Notes: generated from the letters alone by a model not told the origin. Numbered from the stretch's first letter, positions 11,880 to 26,435 are shown. The stretch: 53,272 nucleotides of DNA from Catajapyx aquilonaris (GCA_000934665.2 KZ538694.1:1-53272); one strand, 5' to 3'. Made by a program: numbers and translations.

Positions 11880-14800
11880 TGTACAATTAATCTAACAACA
11901 TTTGCCGTTTAGGAAAAAACCGATGGGTAGGTCGTATCTTCTGTTTAGAACCGGATATCTGGAGAGGGGAAACTGGTTTGAAAGGTGAATAACTGTATCC
12001 AGTGACAAAGAGAAGGGATGGTCTGACCCTTTGTGAGACCCTCTGTGCGACCCCCGAGGGGGGATGGTTGGAAACCCAAGTTGTTGGGGTAAGATAAAAG
12101 TAACCCACATGTGACTCCACAATTGCCGAAAAATTCCTACAGGTTTTAGATAAAGTTATCTCCTTTTAAAAACACAATCATCACATTAGTGTTTACACAC
12201 TATAAAATCACAACACATGAAACTATACAATTTGATAACAATTTATCCGAAATTTCGAAACACGAAATAAATGGAAAATTCCATGTGATTAGCATGAAGC
12301 GTCATTACCTGTATCTGCATGTATACAAATTACTATGTCATTATTAAATGCAGGATATATGTGTAATCTGTATTCAGATATTTAAATTAATATAATTGAG
12401 GCCAATTTTCCATGAACGATTCATTTATCCCATATTTCATGGAAAAGGCCCTTACACCATATTCCATGGGAAAAGGCGTTTATCCCTCTAGCCATATTTT
12501 AGGCATTTATCCCACTCTGCCATGTGATAAATGTGATGAATATATATAACATTAACATTATTTCCGGATTATTTGGGATAATATGCGTATTACTACATTA
12601 TATGTCATTATATCATTTAACTTCAAATAACATGTACAATTTTCATAAATATATCCTCATAAATAGCTCACAAAGTGTGCCTTAGTTTACGGTTATTATT
12701 CCCATGTTGATACAAAAACTCTGATTAGTTAGGGCACCCGGTTAACCGCGGATTCAGTCATACGCGGTTTAAAAATTATTTCATTTAAAAGTTTGACGTG
12801 GACTTTTATGAGAGCGGTATTCTACATGGCGTATTTTGTACAACTTCAGTTTATTATAGGCCGGATGGGATAAATGAGAGGTGCTGTAAATGTCCAAAAA
12901 CCAGTCCCGGTTTGAAGTTCTAGGAACTTTAGGAAGCGTGACCAAAGCTCGATTGGGGATTGGCCAGATGACTGGAGAAACGGGACCTGGAAGGAACAAC
13001 AAGTATTTCAGCCATCCTAGTGACACCAATAAACCACGTCACTATTCTGAAAGGCCATGCTGTCCCCTTGCCAATAAAAAACTATCGAAAAAAACCGTGT
13101 CCAATGTTGCCAATGTGATCTGGTCCAAGATTGTTTACCCTACAAAATTCGAGCGACGTAGTTCACACCTCATGTGAGTCATCAATGTTTCACCACAAGA
13201 TTACAAACAATGGGGCTGCCCTCAAGTGCTCAGAGCAATAAGCTATAAATAAAACCCGGGCCCTTGTAATTATTTAGTAATGCCGTAAAAATGGTTTAAA
13301 TGAGCTAGATTTGAATAGGCAATTATCGGAATTTATGCAATCTGCAGCCAAATAGCCAGATTCTGAAACAGTCGATTGAACTGCCACCAACCGGTTTGGG
13401 GGTTAGGCTTACGTCGGGAGGTAGGGGACTACAAGGAAAATTTCAAGGCCAAACATCATAGTTTCCCATGTAGCTCACTAGATGGCGGGCGTGTTGCCTT
13501 TTGCGCTTCATAGTGTAACTTTTTTTATGAAATGATTCTATTCATAGTTCAGTCTATCTTACCATTTCGTGACACATTTCGTAGCCTACTATAAATCTAC
13601 TGCATGCTTTAATATAATTTTAAGATGCCGATGTTCGGCTATAGACACATAATGACACACCGGAATTGACCCCTCTACATGTGTCACTCTACATGTGTAA
13701 CTACCGTATCTATAAAAGGACGGTAGATAGTAATTTAATGTAAAACATATTAAATCTGGCCAACAATTAACACATCTTACTCTCAAAAGTAAAATATATG
13801 TACAACTCACATGGTTTTGTCATAATTGAGTATGCGGTCACATATATGGTTCCAATATGTGGTCCGGTGCAGTATGTTGAGTCTACGCACAACCTGTTGT
13901 AACATGCGTCCATCCAGTATCACTCGCCTGCCTCAACTAAAACTAACAATATGGCAAGTTGGCAACACAGAAGACCCCCACTTGTTTATGGCGCCAGCTG
14001 CTGGTCAACATCTCATGTGACACTCAACCTTTCCTCACAAAATTCACAAGCTGCCCGACTTTGGTCATTAAATTTAATCAACTGCTAAATTAAGCCTTAA
14101 CCAAATCAGAAAATTATGATGGTCACTGCAGAAAATGAATGCCCTTTGTGATTCACCAGGTGCGCAAATCACTCCATTAATATTTTAAAAGTTACGTTTT
14201 CTTAATTATGCGGAATTTAATAGCAAATAGTTGCAATTTCATGGGAAATGTCGACGATATGATTATCAACGCCAATTACATATCGATATCGAATTATATT
14301 GTATAATAATTAAGCCTCTCCAAATCGCACTTTTTGGAATATTTCTGCTAGTGTTTTTTATTTAACATTTTATACCCATTATTTCATATAATTTATGGCA
14401 TATTTGATACTAAGCAATATTTTACATGGTGTAAAATGCCAATCTGTGGCGTTTTAAAATAGCAGAAAATTTAACTAATGTAATTAAGAAATTTTGGTGT
14501 GACCATGCGTAGTCAACTATTGACAAGTTTTATCCTGAAGGCTCCCATTGTTCCCAACAACTGGGTTTCCAACCATCCCCCTGCCCCCCTCCCCAGCCAG
14601 ACCATCCCCAGTTTTTGTCGCAGGAGACAGTTATTCACACTTTTAAAACCGGTTTTCCCTCTCCCCCTTCCCGGGTCTAAACTGAGCACGTGCAGCCATA
14701 CCATGGGATGTTTTACCAACAGCGCAAATGACTGTATTATTGTTAGAAGTCTCTTGCTACAAATATATTTTTAAATATTCGCTACGTAGGCATTATTAAT

Positions 14801-17800
14801 TATTAAAATATCCATTTTTGTCAATTTTGAAGAACTGCGGAAATTTTGCGGCACATATTATATTTAATTAATTATATTAAATTGTTAGAAATAATAACCG
14901 AGATTATAACATGGTATTATTATTAGAATTCATATCGGGCATTTATTATCTAACACATAGTTTTGGGGTTTGCATCCACAAAACCAGCCAATTATATTGT
15001 CTAGGCATTTATCCCATTTGGATTTGTCCCCTCCCATGTGCGCCCCCTGGTGGAGGCATTTCTGTATAGTGTATAGGAGCGGGAGCTGCTTGACTAATTA
15101 TTATATCAAAATTTTAAAAAGCAATTTTGACAGTGTATTTCTAGTAAATTCCAACAATTAATTAATGAAGATAACTTGTACAATTTTTGAAACATTTTCA
15201 GTACCATAAAATAATAATAATAAAATGAATTTTTATGGAGAAATTACCGCAAGCGGCTATATTTTATTATTCAATTTGTACACTTACACGCAGCAGATTA
15301 CAACTGACAGTAACAATTCACGGAAAATCCTTCTCCGTCTTTTGTCAGCTATGGACTACAGTAGCTGCTTGTACTCCTAATAAATATTTTTCGTTTGTTG
15401 TTAACCAATACCAGATCTTGGCAACAAAGGACAATGTAATTTGAAGTTCAAGCATACGTATATTAAGCAATTGCCAGCAAGTGCACTTACATAATAATTA
15501 TTATAAAAAATTGTCATAAAATATATTGTACTCTACATTACGGCTTTTAATTTAATGTCAAATGCATAGTAAATCTAGCAAACAATTAATTCACATCTTA
15601 CTATAAAAATGTCAAATATAGGGCAACTCACATCACTGTTATGTTTTGTCATAATTGAGTATTCCTGTACGCATCACGTCACATATTTCTAATATGGTCC
15701 GGTAGGTCTACGCACAACCTGTTGTAACATGCGTCCATTCAGTATCACGCGCCTGCCTCAACTAACAATAATTATGGCAAGTTGGCAACACAGAAGACCC
15801 CACTGTTTATGGCGCCAGCTGCCGGTAAACATCTCATGTGACATTCAACCTTTCCTCACAAAATTCACATGCTATTGGCCCACTTTGGTCATTAAATTTA
15901 ATAATTTGATAAATGCCTTAACTCAATCAGAAAATTATGATAGTCACTGCGGGGAATGCCCTTGTGATTTACATTGTGACTGGTGCTCAAATCCCTCAAT
16001 TGATATTTTAAAAGTTTAAAAGTTTTCTTAATTATGTTTAATTAAATAGCAAGAAGTTGCAATTTCATGGGAAATGTCAACGCCACTTACATATCGATAT
16101 CAAATTGTATTGTATAATAATTAAGCTCCTTCAAATCGCACTTTTTGGAATATTTCTGCAAGTGTATTTTTTTTACAGTTTTTAATATAATTTATGGCTA
16201 TTTGATGTGAAGCACGTATGAATAAATAATTATTAAAACATTCACCTATAATATTTATTTAATACTGTACCACATATGGCATTAATGGTAACTGTCAGCC
16301 TGACCTGTCACTGGCCTCCACTATATTGTTGTTAGAAGGTGTTTCCTAAGTCCGCTTCAATCCAATATTTCCAATAAATTGTCTGCTTCTACTCACGATC
16401 TGCTTCAACAAGTCAAGTCACTGTTCCATGTTTTCCTCAACTAACCAAAACCCAATTTTGGCAACAAAGGACCCTCTTTTCACAGTCCAGCTGCCTCCTC
16501 TACTGGCCATGACCTGTTTCTCCCAAAGTTCATCTGTCAGAAATAGGATCGGTGACAATTTATGGCCGAGTATCCCGCGGGTCGTTGACCATACCGACAG
16601 AGAAGGACCCTTTTCCCACATGAAAAGCCGGGTTTTTAAACTTTGAGGGTAAAACTGTAAAAGTGGTCAGGTGGTGTCCTTCACTTATTTAAGTTAACTG
16701 TGATCATTGTGAGGTGCAATGAACCTACTCAATATCAGTTTCATGACCAGGTCAGATATTCTCAAAAATCATGATTACAGCAGAAAATTTGGGTTGTTCG
16801 AAATGGGATCCGAATTATGGCCAGTCATAAGCGGTTGACCTGACACCGTCAAAGGATAACTCAACCTTCCTGGAGAAACCCCGGGGAATGTGACACTTGA
16901 AGGCTTGAAAAGAAAGTTGACATCTGTCGGTAATTTTTGTACATATGTATGGTTACATGCAGTTAGCAAAAAAATAGTCAACATATTACTAATTATTGCA
17001 ATTATCAAAGTTAATATTAGTCAACGCACAACCTGTTGCAACATCGGACCAATCACTGTCAAGCGCTTGACTCAACTAACCACTGAGACCTTTGCAAATG
17101 ACGACACAAACGACACCTGCTGGTAAACATATCAATCTGACAACAAACATTCCCCCCCCCCCGGCAACCCCTCAACNNNNNNNNNNNNNNNNNNNNCCCC
17201 CCCCAAATTCATTGGGTCGTTTTTGTGCCCGTTTGTGACTTTGGTCATTAATTTAAGAAATTAGGAAGCGTAAAATCTTTAACCAATAAGAAAAATTTCA
17301 GTGACATCTTCGGGGAATACCCTGACCCACCAGCACAAAGAAATTATATAATTGTTATAAATTATAACCGAGATTATAACAGGGTTATATTTTTAGGGTT
17401 TAAATTAACAGGCATTTGTCATTTAACTCATAATTTTGCGGGTTTCATCCACAAAATCTGGCAATATTTCATACCGGCATTTATCCCATTTGGAATTTGT
17501 CTCTTCTTGTGCGCCTGCGCGATTGCGCGGCTGTTGGCAGTTAATTAAGTGTAATTTAATAGGCAAAAAGTTGCAACATCCGGTATGCAACATCGGCCGG
17601 CTATCACTGTCACGCGTTTGACTCAACTAGCCAAATGACCTTTGCAAATGACGACACAAATGACACCTGCTGGTACACATGTTATCTGACAACAAACATT
17701 GAATCCCCCCCTGTTCATTGGGTCATTGGTGACTTTGGTCATTAATTATTTAAGAAATTAGTCAACGTAAAATTTTTAGCCAATAAGAAACTTTCAGTGA

Positions 17801-19940
17801 CATCTGCGGGGAATACCCTGGCTGACCAGCTTGTGGTTGGTGTGACACAAAGAAATTATATAACCGAGATTATAACATGGTTTTATTTTTAGGGTTTAAA
17901 TTAACGGGCATTAGTCATCTAAACACATATGGTTGCATCCACAAAATCAGGCAATATTGCCTGCACCGGAATTTATCCTATTTGCAATAATTACAAATGG
18001 GATAAATGCCGACTAAATTTAACTAATATAATTATTAAGAAATTTTGGTGTAACCATGTGTTATCCTGAAAGCTCCCAATTGTTGCCAACCATCCTCCGC
18101 AGCCAGACCATCCCCCGTTGTTGTCGCCGGAGACACCTATTTCATGGCTATTCACACTTTAAAACCGGTTTTCCCTCTTCCCCTTCCCGGCTCTAAACTG
18201 AGCACGTGAGGCCATACCATGGCATGATTCACCAACATCACAAATCGGTATAAATTATAACCGAGATTTTGACATGATTTTATTTATAAAATTTAAAGTC
18301 GGGCATTTATCATTTAAACGCATTATTTTGCGTGTTTCATCCACAAAATCTGGTAATATTGCATACCGGCATTTATCCCATTTGGAATTTGTCACTTCTT
18401 GTGCGCCTGCGCGGCTGTTGGTGGCATTTCTGATCAGGTTGAGACACAGTTCCTCAACTAACCAAACTCAGATTTTGGCAACACAGGACACCTCTTTTCA
18501 TGCTCCCAGTTGACACAAAGGACACTGCTGGTAAACATCTCATCTGACTCCAAATTATTTCTCCCCCTATTGTTTGGGTAGTTTAGTGACTGTGGTCATT
18601 ATTAATGCCGTCATTAAATTTATTAAATTAATAAACTTTAAAAACCTTAGCCAATAAGAAAATTTCAGTGAAATCTGAGGGGAATACCCTGGCTTATCCC
18701 GTAGTCTTAGTGTGACACAAAGAAATTATATAATTGCTGTTATAAATAATTATAACTGAGATTATAACACGGTTTTATTTTTACGATTTAAAAATTGGGC
18801 ATTAATTTATGATCTAACATAATTTTGGGGGTTGCATCCACTAATCCAGCTAATGATGTATTCACTGCATTTATCCCATTTGGATTTCCCCCCTGCCCAT
18901 GTGCGCCTCTGGTGGCTGCATTTCTGTATATAGGAGCGGGGGCTGCTTGACTTATATCGAAGTTTTAAAAAGCAATCAAATATTTTTATTGTGTAAATTC
19001 AAATTACGAGTCGATTGCTTGCTATTATTGAACATTTAATTATAATATTATAATTATAAATAAATTAATAAATTAATAAATAATACTAATAATTAAAATC
19101 GTAACTGTCAGCCTGACCTGTCACTGGCCTCCACTATATTGTTGTTAGAAGGTGTTTCCTAAGTCCGCTTCAATCCAATATTTCCAATAAATTGCCTGCT
19201 TCTACACACAACCTGCTTCAACAAGTCAAGTCACTGTTCCATGTTTTCCTCAACTAACCAAAACCCAATTTTGGCAACAAAGGACCCTCTTTTCACAGTC
19301 CAGCTGCCTCCTCTACTGGCCATGACCTGTTTCTCCCAAAGTTCATCTGTCAGAAATAGGATCGGTGACAATAATTTATGGCCACGTATCCCGCGGGTCG
19401 TTGACCATACCGACAGAGGAGGACCCTTTTCCCACATGAAAAGCCGGGTTTTTAACCTGGAGGGTAAAGTGGTCAGGTGGTGTCCTTCAACTGTGATCAT
19501 TGTGAGGTGCAATGAACCTACTCAATAGCAGTTTCATGACCAGGTCAGATATTCTCAAAAATCATGACTTTATTTCTATTCGGCCTAAAAAGTATTTTCT
19601 CAATAATTTATTACGTCATTAAATTAATGCTAGATATAAATTTCCAAATTTGATTTCGATATTTCAGTAACATTTTCATATTAATCATAAATAGCTTGCA
19701 CAAAATTGAGAAACTTACGCATTCACGACGATTGACGAGAAGCTAAACACAATCACATATTTCTAATAATTTCAATTATCAAAGTTAATATTATTAGTCT
19801 ACGCACAACCTGTTGCAACATCGGTCCAATCACTGTCACGCGCTTGACGCAACTAACCAAGAGTAACAATATGGCAAGTTGGCAACACAGAAGACCCCAC
19901 TGGCGCCAGCTGCTGGTAAACATCTCATGTGACACCAAAT
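11880..19940. repeat. Patchwork of diverged direct and inverted duplicated modules
   Basis: 13780-14420 ~ 15590-16210; 16288-16773 ~ 19100-19568; 17020-17520 ~ 17570-17980 ~ 18250-18870; 14520-14730 ~ 18050-18240 ~ inverse of 11900-12110; 14890-15125 ~ 18750-18975. Confidence 0.85.
17177..17196. other. Assembly gap
   Basis: Run of N flanked by poly-C. Confidence 0.99.
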
Positions 19941-22703
19941 TAATTTACGCGTCCAAATTAAATGAATTTTTCTGGCTCTAGCCCAGTGAATGACATCTGG
20001 TAAAATTGCCCCCCCCTACTAGCCCCCCTTCTCTATCCATTTTACCCTCTTTCCCCGCTAATACACCCTCAGGCCAGTTTCCCCCCTCTTTGTGACCATC
20101 CCCAACCCTTCTATTCATAGAGTTGAAGTCAGATCCAGATAACCTTCCCAAAAAGCAGCAGATCTCCACCATCTGTAGATAAGTACAACCCAGTCCTAAT
20201 CTACTGCCTGGAGCATGACCAGGTGCGGGAGTGACCTTATCAAAAATAATCAGGTAACTTTTTAAGGACATCTTTTATTGCATTTTTGGTAGCAAATTTG
20301 AATTCTATGGTGGTGAAAACATATATTGTCATATGTGGCAAATGTGGCAAATGTGGCATGTGGCATGTGGCATGTGGCATATATGTGACATATGTGGTAA
20401 ATGCTCTGGGCTCGTTCTGTTTGTTCTATTACACTTATTACATTCAACAATAGAGATAGGATCGTCTCATTTGTACTAGATGCGGGAAATAGTATTGATC
20501 TATACTTAGCGCATGTGCTGTAACTACTTTGCCATCCAAAGACAAGAGATGGCGGTTGCACCACCAACTGAACATGTTCTATCAATAGTGTAGCAGGAAT
20601 TCAGCATCAGCATTGCCAACAGATGGCTATTGTGTGTATTCGAAAAAAATAATTCAATTGGCGGAAAATTTGTTATTTAAAATATTTCACTAAAATAGCA
20701 ATATAAGTAGGCCTATATGTAAGTGGCTGCCACATACAAGATATTTTAGCTAATTATTTTAATGTTGAATTACATCGCCCAAGATGTCACACTGTAACAA
20801 TTAATCCCGAAAAAGCTTCTGGAATTAGAACTTTGTAAGACTAGAATTACAATTCGGACCTTCACTAGTGGTGCAAGGGGGGGGGGGGGGAGGGGGCGNG
20901 TCGATCTCTGAACCGCAGGAAATCATTAGCTTCGTAGCAATTATCTCCAGATGATAGTGTAGAAGGTGCAGGATTAGAAAGGGCCGAAGCCAGTTTCTTT
21001 TTATGGTGGCCACACTGCTATGGGTAAAGGAATTCCCTTTTCCCTCCCACCCCCCCAAGACCCTTAAGATGAAGCCTCTTCCTTTCATGTCGAGCTTGAT
21101 GTAAGGAACGCTTTCGTTTCTTGTGAGGTAGCAACAAAGTCAGCGTTTTGGGTTCTCCTCCTCAGACATCTCGGGCTTAGCCTAATTGGAAAATTGAGTT
21201 CAAAGAATGCAGGCGAGCATTGGCCTCCTGTGCGGTTTTCCACCAATTAGAGAGATTAGGGGTCCTGAGTAATATTCGGTCGGCTTTTCTAACCAACCGA
21301 AACCTGAAATTGCGACTCATCAATCTCAATAGCCTAGTCACCTAATGATGCCATCTTGGACGGTTACAGAGAAGGAGCATGAAGGAGACAGCGTAAACCA
21401 ATGATTTTCAAACGCGCAGTATCAATAAAAATGGCTGCAGACAATTAATATTATATTTGGCCATCCAGATATTACTGATATCTCAAGATGACATTTCAAG
21501 CTTCATTTTAAGCGTAATTTGAAAATTTGCAAAAATTTATAAGTTGCAGAAAAAACGTAATTAAAAGTTTGAATGTGATTTTCTATTAACATTTTCGGTT
21601 TTATATAAATTTGAATTTCACAATATTAAAGCGTGTTAAAAGGGCTTCTAGTTACATCCATCATATTCCGGATTAGTGTAATCATCTGATAGTTTTGGAG
21701 CTTTAACTAACACCGGGTGGTTCAGGCGAACCGAAGCGGACCCCTGTCCTCATCCCTCCGGATCTTCCACGCACATTAAACAAGCAACCTTCTGAAAAAT
21801 CTATCGGCCCACTACTTTTGGTTCCCATTTTGAAACCACAAAAGCCTCAGTGCCCTTGGTAGCGGCCATTTTACCAACGAGGTGGTGACGACGCTCTTTG
21901 CAACCGAATGAAATAAGATGCATCCCGAGGGAAATTACAAGCCCGAGGTTTTCCCCTAACCCAGACTCTCTCGCTGCATATGCGATTTTGCTAATTCCCA
22001 TGTCACGCACGCGATTTCATCAATCCAGAAATGGGTGTTGAAAGGCGGTGCCATTGCGGCAATCGTCAACACCCTGTCCGAAAAATACGTTACGAAAAAA
22101 AAAACCGTTACGGGGCGACGTTCCTATTAATATGGAGAGTATGGGCCTGATTGGCGGTATAAATCGTATGGTTTACGTTATCTCTAGTGTGAGTACAAAA
22201 GAAGCCATGAATTTCATTAATAGGTAATGAGCCTTGTTTTCCCTTGTCTCCTTACGGAAACAAAATGGCGGATTAAAAAAAAAATCGGGCTAACGAGGAG
22301 ACAGGGTCTGAAAATCAGTAGCCAATGAGAACTGAGAGAATTAGGGCGCCATTTTGGACTCGTCCCAAAGCATTAGGCCCTGAATGTATCCCGCATTATT
22401 TTCAAATTAGCCAAATCAGAATGTCGTTGCCGTTGGGCAGAGCTGGAGCCTCCCAGGCTTATGCTTCACTTAAATCCTCCAGAGTGCTGTGAATGTAAGT
22501 AGCGTACAATGACGGTGTAAATCATTCGCGGTCGACGAAACAACCACTTGCGAGTCGAGATATTTCGGACTACGAGCGGTTTCTATGGGGGTAATCGTGA
22601 GAGTGGACATCCAATTGATTTCTGCTCTCTATGGATTATATGGAGGTCCAAGTGGTGGAACATGGCGTATGAAACTTGACACGTTTTAATTTCTATAAAA
22701 CAA

Positions 22704-22978
22704 CAGGGTGTTAATCGTAAGCGTGTCACCAGAAAAGGTGGTGGTAGAGGGCGCAGGTGTGAGCATTTTTGCATAAGGAACTAGGGGTCGGAAACGCACC
22801 CTCATCGAGTTACGCCCCTTTCAAGTTTGCGGCAGGCAGTGTGCAAGAGGCGTGCGGCACGCGGCGGAGTGATTCGGTGATGGTGCGTTTCCGACCCCTA
22901 GTTCCGTATGCAAAAATGCTCACACCTGCGCCCTCTACCACCACCTTTTCTGGTGACACGCTTAGGATTAACACCCTG
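22704..22978. mobile_element. Tc1/mariner-type MITE
   Basis: ~95-bp near-perfect TIRs CAGGGTGTTAATC...GATTAACACCCTG; TA on the right flank (AA on the left). Confidence 0.85.
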
Positions 22979-23003
22979 TAGATGCCAACAACAGTCTATT
23001 TAC

Positions 23004-23245
23004 GGGCTACTCTTTCACATCGGGAGACCCCGCACTTTTACCTCCTTTCCTAAGCTAGTATCCGCTGAATATAGATGTATATCCGCTGAAGAAAGGCCCG
23101 TATCCCTGAATATAGGTGTGTATACGCTGAAGAAAGGCCCGTATCCGCTGAAGAATAGATCTGTATCCGCCTAGGTAATGGGGTAGGTTGGTACAGCGTA
23201 CCCCTACCTCTGCCAAATTCGGTCAGCCGATATGAAAGTCCTTCC
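23004..23245. mobile_element. Short dispersed non-autonomous element with internal GTATCCGCTGAAGA repeats; second, interrupted copy at ~38033-38946
   Basis: Shared GGCTACTCTTTCAC.TCGGGAGACCCCGCA start and CCAAATTCGGTCAGCCGATATGA.AGTCCTTCC end; subterminal IR CTTTCACATCGG/CCGATATGAAAG. Confidence 0.7.
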
Positions 23246-23629
23246 CATTTAGGATCACCATGTAGTGTTATGCAGCACCATTTTGCATATTGTTAATGAG
23301 CAAACAGTGGACCTCACGATGTAACAAACACTAACATTATAATGTGTACAGTGTATTTCCAAAATTAATGAAATGTTATAATCCACACATTATAATGTGG
23401 ATAATTATCATCATACTAATACCTGTTTTCAGATAATTAATTCGCGCTCACAACACTGCTATTAATTTTATATGGAGCCATATGTTGTAAATAACACATG
23501 TTGATGCGCCCCTGTGACGTCACTCAAATTTCGAACTATGACGTCACAACAGTAGGCATTTCCACTAATTTCGTCACAACCCCCTAAAATGCTACATAAA
23601 ACGACTCATTTAACGCCGAAGAGATATTA

Positions 23630-24385
23630 AAAATAATTAAATGAAAATTATTTAAATTAATAGTATTAAATGAAAATTATTGAATTAATAGTATTAAATG
23701 AAAATTATTGAATTAATAGTATTAAATTAAAATTATTAAATTAAAATTATCGAATTAATAGTATTAAATTAAAATTATTAAATGAAAATTATTAAATGAA
23801 AATTATTAAATTAAAAGTATTAAATTAAAATTATTAAATTAAAATTATTAAATTAAAATTATTAAATTAAAATTATTAAATTAAAATTATTAAATTAATA
23901 GTAGGCCTATTAAATGAAAATTATTAAATTGACATAAAATTAAAATTATTAAATTAACATATAATTAAAATTATTAAATTGACATAAAATTAAAATTATT
24001 AAATTGACAAACTTAAAATTATTAGTGTGGAGCCATATGCCGTAAATAACCGCCATGTGTTCCTTTACCTTGACGTCAGCCAATTCCTCACAATGACGTT
24101 CAGGACACCTTATAACGCCAAAAATTATTAAAATGAAGAATTTTAATATTGAAAATTTACCATTAAAATTATTACAATTAAACATTTTAATATTGAAAAT
24201 TTACCATTAAAATTATTACAATTAAACATTTTAATATTGAAAATTTACCATTAAAATTATTACAATTAAACATTTTAATATTGAAAATTTACCATTAAAA
24301 TTATTAAAATTAAAAGTACTAAATTGAAAGTTATTAAAATTAAAAGTACTAAATTTAAAATTATTAAAATTAGATATTATTAATA
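23630..24385. repeat. AT-rich minisatellite (AAATTAAAATTATT-type and ~43-bp units)
   Basis: Directly visible tandem units. Confidence 0.9.
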
Positions 24386-25399
24386 TAAATTATTGATGTG
24401 GGGCCATATGCAATCCACCATGTTATTGTGTTCCTTTAATCTGACGTCACCGTTTTAGTCTGAACCGTGACGTCACCCAATTCCGAACTTTGACGTCACA
24501 CCCCCAAAATGACTCATTTAACGCTGAAAAATTGTCCGCAGTCCTGGGCATGTCGCTCTTTTTCGGGACAGAAATGCGTCCGAGTGTGATTTCAATCCTT
24601 TCCGAGCCGTCTGTCCTCCGACAGTCCAATTAGAGTCCCTCAGCAAGCAGTGGCGCAAACTCTAGGGTAGCAGCAGACGCCGAAACGCCACAATCTGAAA
24701 TTTAAATTATCAACATAATACTACCCCATGCCCCTGCTATTTCCATTAAGTTGCAGACGGCTGCAACTTAATTGCGAAAAGCAATTTGCGTCCGTTTTGT
24801 TTTGCTGAGCCGACCACGTTACGACCGCTGGTATGTTGAGATGGGGGATATGGAGTTTAAAAAAAAAAAAAAAAAAACATCGCTCAAAGTTTCGAACTGG
24901 GTCAAAAGGTGGGTGGTTCAAAGTGTGACCAACAACTTGGCACGCACTTTATTAGGCTTGGAAGTGATTAAGTTCATTAAACGACAAGTGTTTGGGGAAA
25001 GGGGTTACCCAACTCAGGGTTCGGCTTGGCTTTGATTAGTTCCAGCGGAGCTTCAGAGAGGTGCCATTATTTGTGCTGGAAGAGATGACCAATCAGGACA
25101 CTTTAAGTGAATCAAATCTGATGATTAGTCAGTTTATAAATTTAATGCAATTTATTAAGGAAGGGAGAGAAAATCAAAAATTCGCAATACGGTAATTGTT
25201 TTAAAATTACGAAATATAATTTTATTCCATTTTAATTTAAATTTACAGTTTAATAGTTTAAAACGTGTCTAGTTTTCTAATTTATTATTAATCTGCAGTA
25301 ATATTAGAACATAATTTAAATCAGACGATTTGTCATTTTATAAATTCGAGACAATTACTTAATAAGAAAGAGAGATAAATAAAAAATCGCAATGTCTGG

Positions 25400-25772
25400 T
25401 TTAATTTCTAAATTTAATTTAACTCCATTTTAATATTAATCTCTAAATTTAATTTAACTCCATTTTAATATTAATCTCTAAATTTAATTTAACTCCATTT
25501 TAATATTTATTTCTAGATTTAATTTAACTCCATTTTCATATTTATTTCTAGATTTTAATTTGACTCAATTTTAATATTAATTTGTGATTTAATATTCCGC
25601 TTATTAATTTAATTTGACTCATTTTTAATCTTAATTTGTGATTTAATATTTATTAATTTAATTTGACTCAATTTTAATCTAAATTTGTGATTCAATATTT
25701 ATTAATTTAATTTGACTCAATTTTAATATTAATTTGTGATTTAATATATATTAATTTAATTTAACTCAATTT
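25400..25772. repeat. AT-rich minisatellite (TTTAATTT[A/G]ACTC.ATTTTAAT units)
   Basis: Directly visible tandem units. Confidence 0.9.
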
Positions 25773-25776
25773 TTAC

Positions 25777-25910
25777 GTTACCCCGTGATAAGGCTGAGCC
25801 TTTTAGGGGGGTGGAATACCACCATTTCACTCCATTTTTCCTATTATCTTCATTCACCGGTGCAAGGAGTCAAGGATGTATAGGGTATGGATAGGGAGTA
25901 TGGATAGGGA
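25777..25910 (-). mobile_element. 3' tail fragment of SINE family 1
   Basis: GTTACCCCGTG...TAGGGGGGTGGAATACCACCAT matches 38224-38276. Confidence 0.65.
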
Positions 25911-26065
25911 ACTCAATTTTAATAATAATATGTATCGGTAATTAAATCTTAATTTTGATATGTTTCAATGTTTTCCATTTTCTTATTTAGTATTAATCTG
26001 CTATTTTAATATTGAAATTTGAATTTTGATTTCAACATGAATTTAACTTAAAATTTTAATTATTC

Positions 26066-26067
<2 letters not shown>

Positions 26068-26121
<54 letters not shown>
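26068..26121. repeat. (TAT)n microsatellite
   Basis: Directly visible. Confidence 0.95.
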
Positions 26122-26122
<1 letters not shown>

Positions 26123-26229
26123 GCATCATAGCCAGTTTTTCGTACAGCCAAATGATATAATTGTGCAAAATGGACATGAAATGGGCGAACAAATAAACTT
26201 TGCCTTTTATACACTACAGATTTGTAGCT

Positions 26230-26435
26230 TGGCCCCCTGGGGGACTGCACACGACCCCCAAATTTAGGACATCGCACTTGCACCCGTATCCCCCGTCACA
26301 AATCCATATCCCGACCCTTGCACAAGAGGAAAAAAAAAAAACGCGAAGAAAATTTCGCAAGAAAAAATGGTGGTAACCCACCCCCCTAAAAAGGGCTCTG
26401 TTCCCTCTAATGGGGTAAAGCTAAATAATAATAAA
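26230..26435 (+). mobile_element. 5'-truncated copy of the long form of SINE family 1
   Basis: GGCCCCCTG.GGGACTGCACACGACCCCCAA...CACTTGCAC is the reverse complement of ~38320-38382, followed by the ATGGTGGTAA.CCACCCCCCTAA...GGGGTAA tail. Confidence 0.7.
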
